DNA of 27,179 bases. Origin: Nitrospinota bacterium (GTDB lineage: Bacteria > UBA8248). The DNA lies in contig JAYGFR010000078.1 of NCBI GenBank assembly GCA_046581755.1, positions 1 through 27,179 on the forward strand, given 5' to 3'. Shown one piece after another: positions 1 to 9,180 of the stretch (position 1 is the first letter of the stretch; every line of letters starts with the position of its first letter). The notes beneath the pieces were generated by a model that was not told the DNA's origin, ran no database searches, and was given only the letters and a program-made list of their open reading frames with translations. A program made the position numbers and the translations under genes.

Positions 1-2
1 TC

Positions 3-1478
3 ATGGCCGAACTCGAGGGCCGGATGCTCAAGGTCAAGGAACTGGACCGGTTCTTTGCCGTCATCCGCCCGGCGAACCCCCTGCTGGGCCTGATCGTGAA
101 GAAGGAATATTCCGACAAGGACTCCATCCGCAAGGTGGTCAAAAAATTGTTCGGAATGGTCCAGGGCATTCCGGGAATCCGGGCTTTCGTCACCCAGGTG
201 TCCCTTTTCCGCCGGAGAGGGTCCGGGTTTATCGGCGGAATCAACCTCAAGGTGGATGTCACGGGCGACAGCCTCGAGGAGATTCAGCGAATCGCCGGGG
301 AGGTGAGCGCCAAGGCGCGCGCGCTTCCGGGCGTCCGCTTCGTCAACAGCAGCTTCGATCTGGGCAACCCCGAACTCCAGGTTCACGTGAACCGGGTGAA
401 GGCCGCGGATTTGGGAATTTCGGTCAGCGAACTGGGAGATATCATCGAAACCCTGGTCAAAGGCACCGACGCCGGCCTGTTCCGCGATCAGGGCAAGGAG
501 CTGGATATCGTGATTCGCGGCGCGCAGTCGAAATTTACGCGAACCCAGGAACTGTCCCAGATCACGGTGTACACGCCGGACGGCCGCTCCGTCCGCCTCA
601 GCGATATCGCCGAAATCAGGCAAACCCTGGGCCCGACGAAAATCGAGCATATCGACCGGGACCGCTCGGTGACGCTCACGGTCAACCTGGCGGATACCCT
701 CCCCTTGCAGGTGGCGATCGAGCGGATGCGGCGCGAGGTCATCGATCCGATCCGGGCGAAGCTTCCGCTCGGCTACTCGGTCGAGGTGGGCGGCCGCGCC
801 AAGGATCTGGCGCGCACCTGGAACGCCCTCAAATGGTCTTTCCTGATCGCTCTCTTCATCACCTACCTGTTGATGGCCTCGTTGTTCGAAGCCTGGAGCT
901 ATCCCCTCATCATCATGTTCAGCGTGCCGCTGGCTTCCACCGGAGGCGTGTTGGCCGTCAGCTTTATGAATTACATCGAACCCTCCATCAAGATGGATAC
1001 CCTGGTCATGCTGGGGTTCATCCTCTTGACCGGCATCGTCGTGAATAACGCTATCCTCCTCGTCCATCAGGCCCTGAATCATTTCCGCCGCGGAATTCCC
1101 ATGCGGGAAGCCATCCTCGAAAGCGTCCAGGACCGCATGCGGCCCATATTCATGACGATGACGACCACCGTTCTGGGGATGCTGCCGCTGGTGATTTCAT
1201 CGGGACCGGGGAGCGAGCTCTACCGGGGATTGGGAGCGGCCGTGCTGGGCGGTCTCGCGACCTCGACCCTGTTTACGCTGCTTCTGATTCCGATCGTCTT
1301 TTCCCTGTGGGTGGATTTTCAGTCGTGGCTATGGCCTGGCGCCGTTGCGGCGATGCCGGAAGAAAGCCGGGACGCGCCCGTGGAACCTACGGTGGCCTGG
1401 GGAAAGAGAAACGGCGAGAACGGCTCGCCCGTGGGAAGAGAAAAAGGATATCCGCCGGAGGTCCGGCCGGAGAATTAA
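3..1478 (+). CDS. Efflux RND transporter permease subunit (AcrB/AcrD/AcrF family), 5'-partial
   Basis: C-terminal RND signatures: PELQVHVNRVKAADLGIS, GPTKIEHIDRDRSVT, YLLMASLFE, GIVVNNAILLV, RMRPIFMT, GGLATSTLFTLLLIP. The ORF is open at the window edge. Confidence 0.95.
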   Translation: MAELEGRMLKVKELDRFFAVIRPANPLLGLIVKKEYSDKDSIRKVVKKLFGMVQGIPGIRAFVTQVSLFRRRGSGFIGGINLKVDVTGDSLEEIQRIAGEVSAKARALPGVRFVNSSFDLGNPELQVHVNRVKAADLGISVSELGDIIETLVKGTDAGLFRDQGKELDIVIRGAQSKFTRTQELSQITVYTPDGRSVRLSDIAEIRQTLGPTKIEHIDRDRSVTLTVNLADTLPLQVAIERMRREVIDPIRAKLPLGYSVEVGGRAKDLARTWNALKWSFLIALFITYLLMASLFEAWSYPLIIMFSVPLASTGGVLAVSFMNYIEPSIKMDTLVMLGFILLTGIVVNNAILLVHQALNHFRRGIPMREAILESVQDRMRPIFMTMTTTVLGMLPLVISSGPGSELYRGLGAAVLGGLATSTLFTLLLIPIVFSLWVDFQSWLWPGAVAAMPEESRDAPVEPTVAWGKRNGENGSPVGREKGYPPEVRPEN

Positions 1479-1491
1479 TGTGGGACGGGGG

Positions 1492-2295
1492 TCAGGAGAG
1501 CTCCCCGACCCTCGAAAGGAAAGAATCCGCCGCGGCATTCCATTCGCCGTGGCTCCGGCGGTAGCTGTAGTGCCCCCCCTCCTCGAGTACGACGAGTTCC
1601 GATCCTTCGATGAAACCGTGGAGTTCCTGCGCGAAGTAGGGGGGCGTCAGCGCGTCGTCTTTTGCCGCGATAATGAGAGAGGGCTTGTCGATCTTTCCGA
1701 GTTCATCCTTGCGGTCGTGGGCGAGCGTCATGTCGAGGCGCGCCACCAGAACTTCCACCGGCGCGATGGTTTTCTTCTGGCGCTCTTCGAGTTCCAGGAG
1801 ATTTTCGTACATATTGTGAAATTGCGTCGCGCCACACGTCCAGAGGGAGCTGAACTTGATGTATTCCTCGGTCCCGTAGGCTTGGGCGATCTGCTTGCGC
1901 GAGGTCTGGAGACGAGTCATGTACGGGTCCGCTTTCGTCCAGGTGTTCGTGAAGATGCAGCTTCGAAGGCGGTCCGGATAATCGAGCGCCAGATTTTGGA
2001 GGACACACCCTCCCGTGGAGGTTCCCGCGACGTGGGCCTTTTCGATCCCGAGCGCATCCAGCAGCCCGACCGCATCCCGGGCAATCAGTTCCGTCGAGTA
2101 GGCGTTATCGGGTTTGTCGCTCTCGCCCGTGCCCCGGTGATCGAATGAAATACACCTGTATTTTTTTGAAAAATAAGGGATTTGAAAATCCCACGCATTC
2201 AGCAGACCCATGAGCCCGGGAATAAACAGGATCGGGTCTCCCTCGCCCTCATCGACGTAATTGAGGTGAAGCTCTCCCGCTTTGATTCTGGTCAT
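1492..2295 (-). CDS. Alpha/beta fold hydrolase (RutD/enol-lactonase-like)
   Basis: Nucleophile elbow GTSTGG, FDHRGTGES, acid residue region AKDDALTP, catalytic His in EGGHY; 267 aa. Confidence 0.9.
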   Translation of the reverse strand: MTRIKAGELHLNYVDEGEGDPILFIPGLMGLLNAWDFQIPYFSKKYRCISFDHRGTGESDKPDNAYSTELIARDAVGLLDALGIEKAHVAGTSTGGCVLQNLALDYPDRLRSCIFTNTWTKADPYMTRLQTSRKQIAQAYGTEEYIKFSSLWTCGATQFHNMYENLLELEERQKKTIAPVEVLVARLDMTLAHDRKDELGKIDKPSLIIAAKDDALTPPYFAQELHGFIEGSELVVLEEGGHYSYRRSHGEWNAAADSFLSRVGELS

Positions 2296-2301
2296 GGCTC
2301 T

Positions 2302-3318
2302 CTATTTGGGTTGTTCGGGTTGAAGGATTTCCTCGACCGTGACCCGGCGTCCTTCTTCGGTGGACCGGATGCCCGCGCGAATCACGGCGAGCGAATCCGT
2401 GGCCCGCTCGGCGTCCACCTCCGGCTCTCCGCCGTTTCTGATGCAATCCGCGAATTCCTCCAACTCCTCGCGGATCGTATCGTTCTTTTCGAACGGAATT
2501 TGTTCGGGCTTCTCGCTTCCCCGGGTGAGGCGCCGAAGCCCCCCGAAGATATCGTAGTAGGCCGTCGCCTCCTTACCGTAGATGTTCATCAGGTAATACT
2601 CCGACGCCGATGCGTAGCTTGCCGATAGAATCGACTGCGCGCCGTTTTCGTGCTCCATCAGCATATTGGCCACGTCGGGGTTATCGCCCCCGAGGACAAG
2701 TTGCGTAGAGCGCGCGGAGACCGCGACCACGCGGCCCATCAGAAATTCGAGGACATCGACGTAATGAATGCCGATCTGGAGCATGACGCCCCCCGGCATT
2801 CCGGACGCCTGGAACCGCCACGAGCTCGGGTCGAACCTGCCCTCCCGGTCCCGGCTGATATTCGCCTCGGCCTGGACGAGCTTGCCGAATCTTCCCTCGT
2901 CGATTTCCTTGCGGATCCAGCGGAACTGGTTTTCGCGCCGCCGTTGATAGCCGACCGCGATCAGGACGCCCGCATCCTTGCAAATCCGGGCGATTTCCCT
3001 TCCGTCCGAGACGGAGTTGGCGATGGGCTTATCGAGAAAAATGTGTTTCCCCGCTTCCGCCGCCGCCCGGGTGGTTTCCAAATGAACGTCGTTGGGGGTG
3101 GTGTTGATGATGCCCTCGACCCGGGGGTCGCCGAGGATTTCCTCGTAGCTTTCGGCCGGCCGGCATTCGTATTTTTCGGCAAACGCCTGCCTTTTATTGG
3201 CCGAGCGGGTGAAGCAGGCGACAATTTCGATTTCGTCCGATCTACGGGCGGCATCCGCCAGTACATCCGACCACCACCCCATTCCGAGGGAGGCGAGCCT
3301 AACGGGTCCTGAACTCAA
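2302..3318 (-). CDS. Gfo/Idh/MocA family NAD(P)-dependent oxidoreductase
   Basis: N-terminal Rossmann GMGWW, TTPNDVH, GKHIFLDKP (EKP-like motif), GGVMLQIGIHYVD. TTG start preceded by GGAG. Confidence 0.92.
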   Translation of the reverse strand: MSSGPVRLASLGMGWWSDVLADAARRSDEIEIVACFTRSANKRQAFAEKYECRPAESYEEILGDPRVEGIINTTPNDVHLETTRAAAEAGKHIFLDKPIANSVSDGREIARICKDAGVLIAVGYQRRRENQFRWIRKEIDEGRFGKLVQAEANISRDREGRFDPSSWRFQASGMPGGVMLQIGIHYVDVLEFLMGRVVAVSARSTQLVLGGDNPDVANMLMEHENGAQSILSASYASASEYYLMNIYGKEATAYYDIFGGLRRLTRGSEKPEQIPFEKNDTIREELEEFADCIRNGGEPEVDAERATDSLAVIRAGIRSTEEGRRVTVEEILQPEQPK

Positions 3319-3371
3319 TTCATCATCTCCTTAAAATCCATTGCGCGGCCGGAGGGGCCCGGCGCGCCGAT

Positions 3372-4877
3372 TTACGATGCCGCCAGCGCGGCGGCTCGTT
3401 GCTTTCGCTTTTCCACGATAAACGGCCAAGCGATCGACAGGGCCGAAAGACAGAGAAAAAATACGCTGAACGGTGATGTGAAAAAGATCGAGACGTCGCC
3501 CTTCGAGCTCGTCAGGGCGACGCGCAGATGCTCCTCCAATTGCCGCCCTAGGACAAGCGCCAGCAACAGCGGAACGACCGGCATCTGGAACCACTTCATG
3601 AAAATCCCCAAAAGGCCGAAGCCAAACATCACATAGATGTCGAAAAACGAATTTCGAAGCGCATAACTTCCGATCACGCAAAGGACCGAAATGGTGGGCA
3701 AAAGCAGCGATTGGGGCATCCCCAAAACCCGGACGAGGAGCCGCAAACAGGATAAGGCAATGACTATATTGAAAATATTCGCCCAGAAATAAGAGAAGAT
3801 GATGGTGTATGCGAATGGCGCCTGCTCCATGAAAAGCAGGGGGCCGGGCGCCAGGCCATGAACGATGAGAGCGCCAATCAGAATGGCCGTTACCGGGTCG
3901 CCGGGGATCCCCAGCGTCATCATGGGGATCAATGCGCCGCCGGTCACCGCGTTGTTGGCCGATTCCGGGGCCGCAATTCCCTCGATCGTACCCTTTCCGA
4001 ATTTCTCGGGCTGCTTGCTGGCCTTTTGGGCGTAGTCGTAGCTGATGAAGGCGGCGATGGGGCCGCCGGCTCCCGGAAGGATGCCGATGAATGTGCCGAT
4101 AAATGCGCCGATCGAGACGGGAATGCGCATGGCTTTTAAATCCGCGAAACTCGGGATGATTTTTCCGAAGCGGGTGTCGGCGCGGTGGGAGGAGCGGCCC
4201 GAAACGGATTCGATCAGGTTCTCGGCAATTTGCGGGATGGCGAAGAGGCCGATGAGGGCGGTCAGGAAATGAATGCCCGAGAGTAAATTGACGTCGCCAA
4301 ACGTAAAGCGGGCGGTTCCCATGACCGGGTCCAGGCCGATTGTGACGAGTATCAAACCGATGAGGCCGGAGAGAAGGCCCTTGATTAGCGACTTGGCCGC
4401 GAAGCTGCAAATGACGGTAAGCCCGAAAAAGACAAGGCTGAATAGATCTTGTGTCCTGAATTTAAGCGCCACCTCGGCCAGTTGGGGGGCGATGAAATAG
4501 AGGCAGACAAAACTGAACAGGCCGCCGGCGAAGCTGGCGATGATGGCCGTTCCCAGGGCCAGGCCCGCGTCTCCGCGCCGCGCCATCGGAAATCCGTCCA
4601 TCGCGGTTGCCGATGCCGACGGCGTTCCAGGGATGTTCAGCAGTATCGCCGAAAAACTTCCGCCCATCATTCCGCCCGCGTATAGCCCCAGGAGCAGCGA
4701 TATCGAGATAGTGGGATCGAGAGCGAACGTCAGCGGCAAAACGATGATGATGCCCGCGCTGATGGTCATGCCGGGGATCATTCCGACGATCAGGCCCAGG
4801 AGGGACCCGATGGCGGTCGCCATCAGGCTGAGCGGTTGTGTCGCCTGCACGAATCCTTGGTACACGTCCGGGTTCAT
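3372..4877 (-). CDS. tctA: Tripartite tricarboxylate transporter large permease (TctA family)
   Basis: Hallmark motifs GGSFSAILLNIPGTPSASATAMDG and APESANNA...LIPMMTLGIPG. Likely start MNPDVYQ at 4877, immediately after the tctB stop. Confidence 0.93.
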   Translation of the reverse strand: MNPDVYQGFVQATQPLSLMATAIGSLLGLIVGMIPGMTISAGIIIVLPLTFALDPTISISLLLGLYAGGMMGGSFSAILLNIPGTPSASATAMDGFPMARRGDAGLALGTAIIASFAGGLFSFVCLYFIAPQLAEVALKFRTQDLFSLVFFGLTVICSFAAKSLIKGLLSGLIGLILVTIGLDPVMGTARFTFGDVNLLSGIHFLTALIGLFAIPQIAENLIESVSGRSSHRADTRFGKIIPSFADLKAMRIPVSIGAFIGTFIGILPGAGGPIAAFISYDYAQKASKQPEKFGKGTIEGIAAPESANNAVTGGALIPMMTLGIPGDPVTAILIGALIVHGLAPGPLLFMEQAPFAYTIIFSYFWANIFNIVIALSCLRLLVRVLGMPQSLLLPTISVLCVIGSYALRNSFFDIYVMFGFGLLGIFMKWFQMPVVPLLLALVLGRQLEEHLRVALTSSKGDVSIFFTSPFSVFFLCLSALSIAWPFIVEKRKQRAAALAAS

Positions 4878-4878
4878 C

Positions 4879-5340
4879 TTACCAATCCACCATCGAGCCC
4901 TTGGGCATCGGAATCTGGAAAACATGCTGAAACAAGAGGTACAGGAAAAGAGGAATCGCTATGGATGCGGCCGCGATCATCGTCTTGTTCCTCTCGCCGG
5001 AGGCGATCATCATCCCGGCGAAAAAAGGAATGCTCGCCGCGAGAAATCCAACGAACGGCAGGGCGATGAGATAGGGAACAAAAAGAAACAGGCCCGCCGG
5101 CCGCGAAACCTTGGGTTTCGCCTCCTCCGGCACGGAGGGCCGGCCGCTCTTTGAGGCGCGATATTCCTGGATGAGCAACGCCGATGAAAGAAAGATGAGG
5201 CACGCCGTCAAAATCCAGGGGAAAAAAGATGGACCGGGGGTGTTCGGCAGGGTCCGCACGCTAAGATAGGCTGTCAGGTAGCCGTATACCGCGCCGAATC
5301 CCAGAAAAACGGCGGCGGGGACAACGATTTTTCGATCCAT
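4879..5340 (-). CDS. tctB: Tripartite tricarboxylate transporter small membrane subunit (TctB family)
   Basis: About 153 aa, hydrophobic, with GPSFFPW and C-terminal YLLFQHVFQIPMPKG; lies between tctC and tctA. Start MDRK at 5340. Confidence 0.88.
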   Translation of the reverse strand: MDRKIVVPAAVFLGFGAVYGYLTAYLSVRTLPNTPGPSFFPWILTACLIFLSSALLIQEYRASKSGRPSVPEEAKPKVSRPAGLFLFVPYLIALPFVGFLAASIPFFAGMMIASGERNKTMIAAASIAIPLFLYLLFQHVFQIPMPKGSMVDW

Positions 5341-5454
5341 CAAACGCTTCCGGAGATTTGGCCCCCTGGAACCACACCGAGGCGACGGGGAGAAAACAAA
5401 GCTGCCCCGCACGAGAATACGGCGGGTCAGCCGGACAATCGTTCGCTCAACTCG

Positions 5455-6426
5455 TTATTTCCGCTTGGACTGATAAATCCCGGCATCTTTCATGATCGCG
5501 ATGATGAGCTTGTTCTGTGTGGCGAGATAGGCGCCGAAGCTCTCGGAGTCCATCGGCGCGATCGTAAAGCCCTTTTTCTTGGCGAATGCCGTGAACTTAT
5601 TCGATCGCGCGGACCGCATCAACGCGTCGGCAAGAATGGCTTTTACCAGATGAGGGGTGCCCTTGGGAACGCTCAGGCCCCTGAAGAAATCGATCTCAAC
5701 GTCGTAGCCGAGATCGCTCATCGTCGGAACGTTGGGGATTACCGGATTCCGCTTGGTGCCGGGAATGGCCAGGATGCGCATCTTCCCCGCCCGCGCCAGG
5801 CGAATCGCCCCGGTGAGCGGGGCCACCATCGCGTCCGCCTCTCCGCTCAATACCGAAGCGTTCCGGCGCTTGATGCCGACCGGAAGATGAATCACCTCGC
5901 ATCCGGCCGCGTTCATGATCGCCACGGCGCCGAGATGCGTACTGCTGCCGATGCCTGCGTTGGCCACTTTCAGTTTTCCCGGATTCTCGTGGCAGTCGGC
6001 CACGAAGCTCTCGAAGGTTTTCCATTTCGAGGTGGACTTCACGACAAAGGGCAGGGACTGAACCTCGACGCGCCCGACATGATCCAGCGCCTTATATGAG
6101 AACGCCACGTTTCCGATGTTCGTCGATGTGAGAACCGACGTGGAGTTCCAGGCAATCGTGTAGCCGTCCGGCTTGGCATTTTTCACGTAGGTGTATGTGA
6201 CGGCTCCGCCGCCCCCGACCTTGTTGATCGGAACGACCGGAACGCCGAGCACCTTGCTCATCCCCTTGGCGAGGATGCGCCCCTCGATATCGGCTCCGCC
6301 GCCGGCCCCGAAGGGAATGATGAACTGAATGGCCTTGGTGGGGTAGGCCGCGAATGCCGGGGCCGAAAGAAACGGTACGGCCAGGGCCGCGATTAGGATT
6401 ACCGCTGCGATGCGAAATTTTCTCAT
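5455..6426 (-). CDS. tctC: Tripartite tricarboxylate transporter substrate-binding protein (TctC/Bug family)
   Basis: Signal peptide MRKFRIAAVILIAALAVPFLSAPAFA, then YPTKAIQFIIPFGAGGGAD, NKVGGGG, AKPDGYTI, PNVPTMSDLG. RBS GGAGAGG precedes the ATG at 6426. Confidence 0.93.
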   Translation of the reverse strand: MRKFRIAAVILIAALAVPFLSAPAFAAYPTKAIQFIIPFGAGGGADIEGRILAKGMSKVLGVPVVPINKVGGGGAVTYTYVKNAKPDGYTIAWNSTSVLTSTNIGNVAFSYKALDHVGRVEVQSLPFVVKSTSKWKTFESFVADCHENPGKLKVANAGIGSSTHLGAVAIMNAAGCEVIHLPVGIKRRNASVLSGEADAMVAPLTGAIRLARAGKMRILAIPGTKRNPVIPNVPTMSDLGYDVEIDFFRGLSVPKGTPHLVKAILADALMRSARSNKFTAFAKKKGFTIAPMDSESFGAYLATQNKLIIAIMKDAGIYQSKRK

Positions 6427-6571
6427 GGTCCCTCTCCTTGAGTGGGTCTTTGCCTGTTGCTCCCGCTTTTTTGAATGACGCACGTGGCGAGCCGACGCTC
6501 GCCGCCTGGCCGTTGACCTTCTTCGGCTGGTGATTATTCTCTCATCATACCTCATTCCGATAAAGGAATGG

Positions 6572-7499
6572 CTAAATCCGCCCCCGCAACTCCTTGGCCA
6601 TTTTGAGGGCGTTGACGTACACGAGGTGCGGGCGAAACCAGTTCCGGTATTCATCCATCCGGACCCTTTTGGCGGCCCGGGCGGGGGTTTTTTCTCTCCG
6701 AAGGGCCGCCGCCGTGCGGTTGCGCAATTTGATCAAATATCCCTTGAACTCGGTCAGACATCGATTCCCCCGGGGGGGGGAGGGGCCCGTGTCCCGGCAC
6801 GATCTGGCGGGCCGGAAATTTCCGGAGCTGATCCAGCACCCCGATCCAATTCAATATGTTTCCGATTCGGACCACCGGATGGGTGCGGTAATCGAAGGCA
6901 TCCCCCATGAACAGCACCTTTTCATCGGGCATCCAAATAACGGTGTCCGATTTTGTGTGGCAATGACCGATGGAGATCATTTGAAGGGTGCGCCCCCCGT
7001 AGCGGATGGTCAACTCATCCTCGAAGGTAACCATGGGAGGAGCGACCCCGAGCTTTCCGATCAGATGCTCCACCTTGAGGATGCGCCCGGCCATCTGACG
7101 GACCCAGATGTCCGCCTCGTGTTCTCTCTCCATCTCTTGCCGGGTCCGGCCGGCCCCGAAGGATACCGCCCCCTGTTTGTGGTAGTAGGCGTTGTCCGAA
7201 GTGTGGTCGAAATTGTGGTGGGTGTTGAGCAGGAACCCCGGCGCTTTTCGGGTGATCCGGCGCATCCCGGACACGAATTCCTTTCTGGCCCGGATGTCGT
7301 TGTCGATAACGATGGGTTTGTTCCGTGTCAGGATCAGGCCGAAATTCGTGTCTCCCCCCGATCGCTCGTCGATCGTTTCGCCGGCCTTGGCGCCCCCCCT
7401 GCCCCCAGTCAAATTGAGGCCGACATAAATCCCGGGCACCGTTTCGATAAACCCCCGGGTCCGGGCGGGGCCCGGAAACGCCTTGACTCGGCCCGCCAT
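6572..7499 (-). CDS. MBL-fold metallo-hydrolase (cyclase/glyoxalase II-like) with an apparent +1 frameshift in a C9 tract; as written the ORF stops at 6651
   Basis: Motifs NTHHNFDH, HCHTKSD, LFMGD, IVPGHG. Removing one C from 6772-6780 restores a family-like C-terminus (CLTEFKGYLIKLRNRTAAA...EYRNW...) ending at TAG 6572-6574. Confidence 0.85.
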
Positions 7500-7556
7500 A
7501 AAAATTTCCTTCGATCGATCGCGGGGTTCAAAAAGGTTCGCTCATCGAGCCATGGA

Positions 7557-7991
7557 TTAGGATGCGCCCACGGCGGCGAGGGCCGCCTTGGCAATTTCCT
7601 GATCCTGCTCCCAGTCTCCGCCGCTGATGCCGATGCCGCCGACACATTCGCCCTTGAATTGGATCGGGAACCCGCCCTCCATGGCCGTCCAGCGCTCCGG
7701 ACCGGCCGCCAGCGAAAGACCGATCGCATGCAGGGTGTCGAGATCCTGCGCCTGGGCGCCCTGGGTGGTGGTAGGGCGCTTGTTGGATGCGGAGCAGACG
7801 GCCTTGACGGTCGATGAGTGAATGGTGTGAAACCGGCCGCCGTCCATCCGCTCCAAATGGAGAAGATGTCCTCCGGCGTCCACGATGGCGACCGTCACGG
7901 CGATTCCGTAGTCTTCGGCCTTGGCGATGGCGGCCTCCATCATCGTTTTCGCCCCCTTGGAAGTCAGGCGCGAGGTTTGGGCAAACGGCAT
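7557..7991 (-). CDS. GlcG/HbpS family heme-binding protein
   Basis: 144 aa with VTVAIVDAGGHLL, MDGG, KAVCS, GGFPI..GECVGGIGISGG..EQDQEIAKAAL. RBS GGAGG upstream. Confidence 0.9.
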   Translation of the reverse strand: MPFAQTSRLTSKGAKTMMEAAIAKAEDYGIAVTVAIVDAGGHLLHLERMDGGRFHTIHSSTVKAVCSASNKRPTTTQGAQAQDLDTLHAIGLSLAAGPERWTAMEGGFPIQFKGECVGGIGISGGDWEQDQEIAKAALAAVGAS

Positions 7992-8211
7992 TGACGGTAA
8001 TCCTCCGTGTTATTCTGCGTTTCCGTTCCGAAAAAGTTCCAGCGCAATAATTTTTGGAAAAGCGTCCATGGCGATGAATTGGGGCTCCCTTTCCACATCC
8101 GGGCGGACGCGCCCGGTCAGGCCGGCCCTGCGCCAAGCGGTTTATTTCAGTCGCGATCCCTGCCCGCTTGCCTTGAAAATGAATTCGCCGCCGAACGATG
8201 CGTGTCTGGCT

Positions 8212-8241
8212 ACTTTAAATTATGATTCGAAAAACTGTCAA
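8212..8241 (-). promoter_or_regulatory. Putative sigma70 promoter for the glcG-like/MBL transcription unit
   Basis: Minus strand TTGACA (8241-8236), 18-nt spacer, TAAAGT (8217-8212) in an AT-rich intergenic patch. Confidence 0.45.
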
Positions 8242-8381
8242 CATTATTTATTGATATTGATGAGGATAGGAGGAATTCCGCACTCCGGGAAGCGGGGCGT
8301 GATAAGGCCTTTGTGGCCGGAAACGAAGCGTGGTAGGAGAGTTTCACGAATTCGGTCGGATGGGATGCGGAGCGGCTATCG

Positions 8382-9164
8382 ATGGATCGGGCGTTTCTCG
8401 AAGACATCACCCGGGAAGCCGGGGGCCTGGCGCTTGAATTACTCGGGCGCGTCCGGTCCGAGAAAAAGGGAGCCAGTCTCGTATCCGAAGCGGACAGGGC
8501 GGTGGAGCGGGGGATCGTCTCCCGGATTCGATCCGAATATCCCGATGATTTTATCCTGGCCGAGGAGAGCGGAACGAGCGGCTCCGACGGTCCCGGTGGC
8601 CTCGGCGAGACAACCCGCTGGTGGGCGGTCGATCCCATCGATGGGACCGGTCCCTACCTCGCGAATCTTCCCTTCTGGGCGGTTTCGGTCGCGTGTATGC
8701 GCGGCTCTCGGGCCGAAGGCGGAGCGGTGTTTCTTCCGGCGATGAGCGATATGTTTTCGGCGGTTTCGGGCGGCCCCGCCCACCGCAACGGAGAGCCGCT
8801 GCCGCCGCTGCGGCAGGCCCCCCCGGGGGATCACACCTATCTGTTCGTCCCCTGCGCGGAGATCGATGGGTTCCGGGTCCGGTATCCGGGGAGGCGATTG
8901 TCCCTGGCCGCGGTATCGCTCCATCTGTCCTATGCCGCGGCGGGATCATCTTTTGGCGTGGTCATTGAGCCCACCCGTGCCTACGATATCGCCGCCTCGG
9001 CCCTCATTTTCGAGAGGGCGGGAGGAGCGGTCCGCTATCTGTCCGGGAAGGAGATCGATTACCTGGAACTGGCGGACGGGCGGCGCACCCCCGAGCCCGT
9101 CGTCGCTGCTCCCCGGAGCCAGACGGGATGGCTCCGGGAACAGATGGATTGGACCGCCGGATAG
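8382..9164 (+). CDS. Inositol monophosphatase family protein (SuhB-like, divergent)
   Basis: VSEADRAVE, ILAEES, WAVDPIDGT metal-binding motif, YDIAAS (variant of WDxAAG). Confidence 0.88.
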   Translation: MDRAFLEDITREAGGLALELLGRVRSEKKGASLVSEADRAVERGIVSRIRSEYPDDFILAEESGTSGSDGPGGLGETTRWWAVDPIDGTGPYLANLPFWAVSVACMRGSRAEGGAVFLPAMSDMFSAVSGGPAHRNGEPLPPLRQAPPGDHTYLFVPCAEIDGFRVRYPGRRLSLAAVSLHLSYAAAGSSFGVVIEPTRAYDIAASALIFERAGGAVRYLSGKEIDYLELADGRRTPEPVVAAPRSQTGWLREQMDWTAG

Positions 9165-9180
9165 ACCGCCCCGGCGGGCG

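Noticed and set aside
6427..6654. N-terminal extension of TctC suggesting overlap or fusion with the MBL gene
   Set aside because: The signal peptide and RBS define the start at 6426, and the restored MBL frame occupies 6572 onward.
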